This document shows, in pieces, positions 63,064-64,000 of a stretch of DNA of 64,000 nt. Position numbers and translations under genes: made by a program. The stretch's first letter is position 1. Every line of letters starts with the position of its first letter. The notes beneath the pieces were generated by a model, which was given only the letters and a program-made list of their open reading frames with translations, made no database searches and had not been told where the DNA came from. The DNA comes from Camelus dromedarius (Eukaryota). The stretch spans positions 57,166,001-57,230,000 of the forward strand of contig NC_087437.1 of NCBI RefSeq assembly GCF_036321535.1. Direction: 5' to 3'.

Positions 63064-64000
63064 TTCTTTGAAACTACATAAGAGACTATAATTTCTCATG
63101 AAATAAAGATGGAAGTTAAAAATCATCACATATTTATGTAAGTAGGTGTTAAATATTCAACTAAATTTTTCATGCATTTTATTTTAAAGAGGCAATATTT
63201 AGAAAAAGTAAGAAAAAGAATCATCAGTAAGATTAGCATCTTGAAAAAATAAATTAGTTCAATGTGGGAAAAATGAAAACTTACCTTAAGAGTGCAAAAA
63301 GTGTACAAGAATCAAGGCCCTGAGTTGCAGGAAACATAAGACAGAGAACTAGAGAGAGAGTAGAGAGATAATTTTTCCTACACAAATATCTCTTGATGAG
63401 ATGAGGGAATAAGGTCTGGAAAAAGTCCTATCTCTAGCTGTCAAGATTTGTGAGGAAAAAGATTAGTAGCCTTTACTGTTTAGAGATTCTTACTGTCTAA
63501 GGCTGAATTAAATACTTTAAAATGTTAGGGACTGGGAACAAATAAAGAGGTGGAAAATGGTTGATTTATAAGACTATGAAAGAATTTTATATTGTTAAAA
63601 AATAGCCAAAATTTGGAAATAAGAAAAGACGATTGCATATCTTTTCATTGTAATACAAGAGCATTGTCTATCAGGCCTTCCTAAGATTTAAATTATCTAG
63701 GTGCCTGTCTCTTTGATTAGGGCCCAGATTCTGAGAACTTTACACAGTTTATATTTATTTTTTAATCAGGTAGAGATGCAAATGAATTTCATCCTTTAGA
63801 AAAGATAACTCCATATATTTTATTGCTCCATAGGACTCTAACTTAGCAAAATTATTCCAATTGAATTGCCCAACAGACTATATAAATGTCTGTTCTTCAA
63901 GTGTTCTTTGAATCATGGTATTAATTCCTCTATTCATGAATTAAACAATCTGCAATATGCATTACTGTAAATTTGTATGTATGTAACATTTTAAAGCTTT

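Noticed and set aside
63279..63416. Minus-strand segment ending in AAG/gtaagt with a hydrophobic open frame
   Set aside because: The hydrophobicity comes from a CT-rich low-complexity tract, and isolated consensus donors are common by chance.

Overview
This is AT-rich, CpG-depleted mammalian DNA with no CpG island. It is very probably camelid (camel, llama or alpaca), because it holds a Vic-1-type tRNA-derived SINE with a target-site duplication at 29712-29831 and young camelid-type LINE-1 3' ends. Roughly half or more of the window is layered transposable-element fossils: L1 of many ages, L2, L3/CR1, MIR, MaLR/ERVL/ERV1/Gypsy-like LTRs, and hAT and Tc1/mariner MITEs. I cannot recognise any cellular protein-coding gene. 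Nearly all listed ORFs are chance ORFs or L1 ORF2 C-terminal remnants. Weak exon candidates lie at 2183-2825 (+, terminal exon/3' UTR-like) and 49253-49363 (-, 111-nt open cassette). A repeat-poor block at about 52.3-56.7 kb carries clustered E-box motifs. I found no convincing new biological system. The most interesting signals are unusual retrotransposition products (a possible ancient L1 3' transduction, a twin-primed inversion, a TSD-less insertion with probable deletion, an orphan RT fragment), a composite LTR block, and a recurring GAGACAGCTG motif. Repeat family names come from remembered consensus sequences, not a search. Boundaries of old repeats are approximate.
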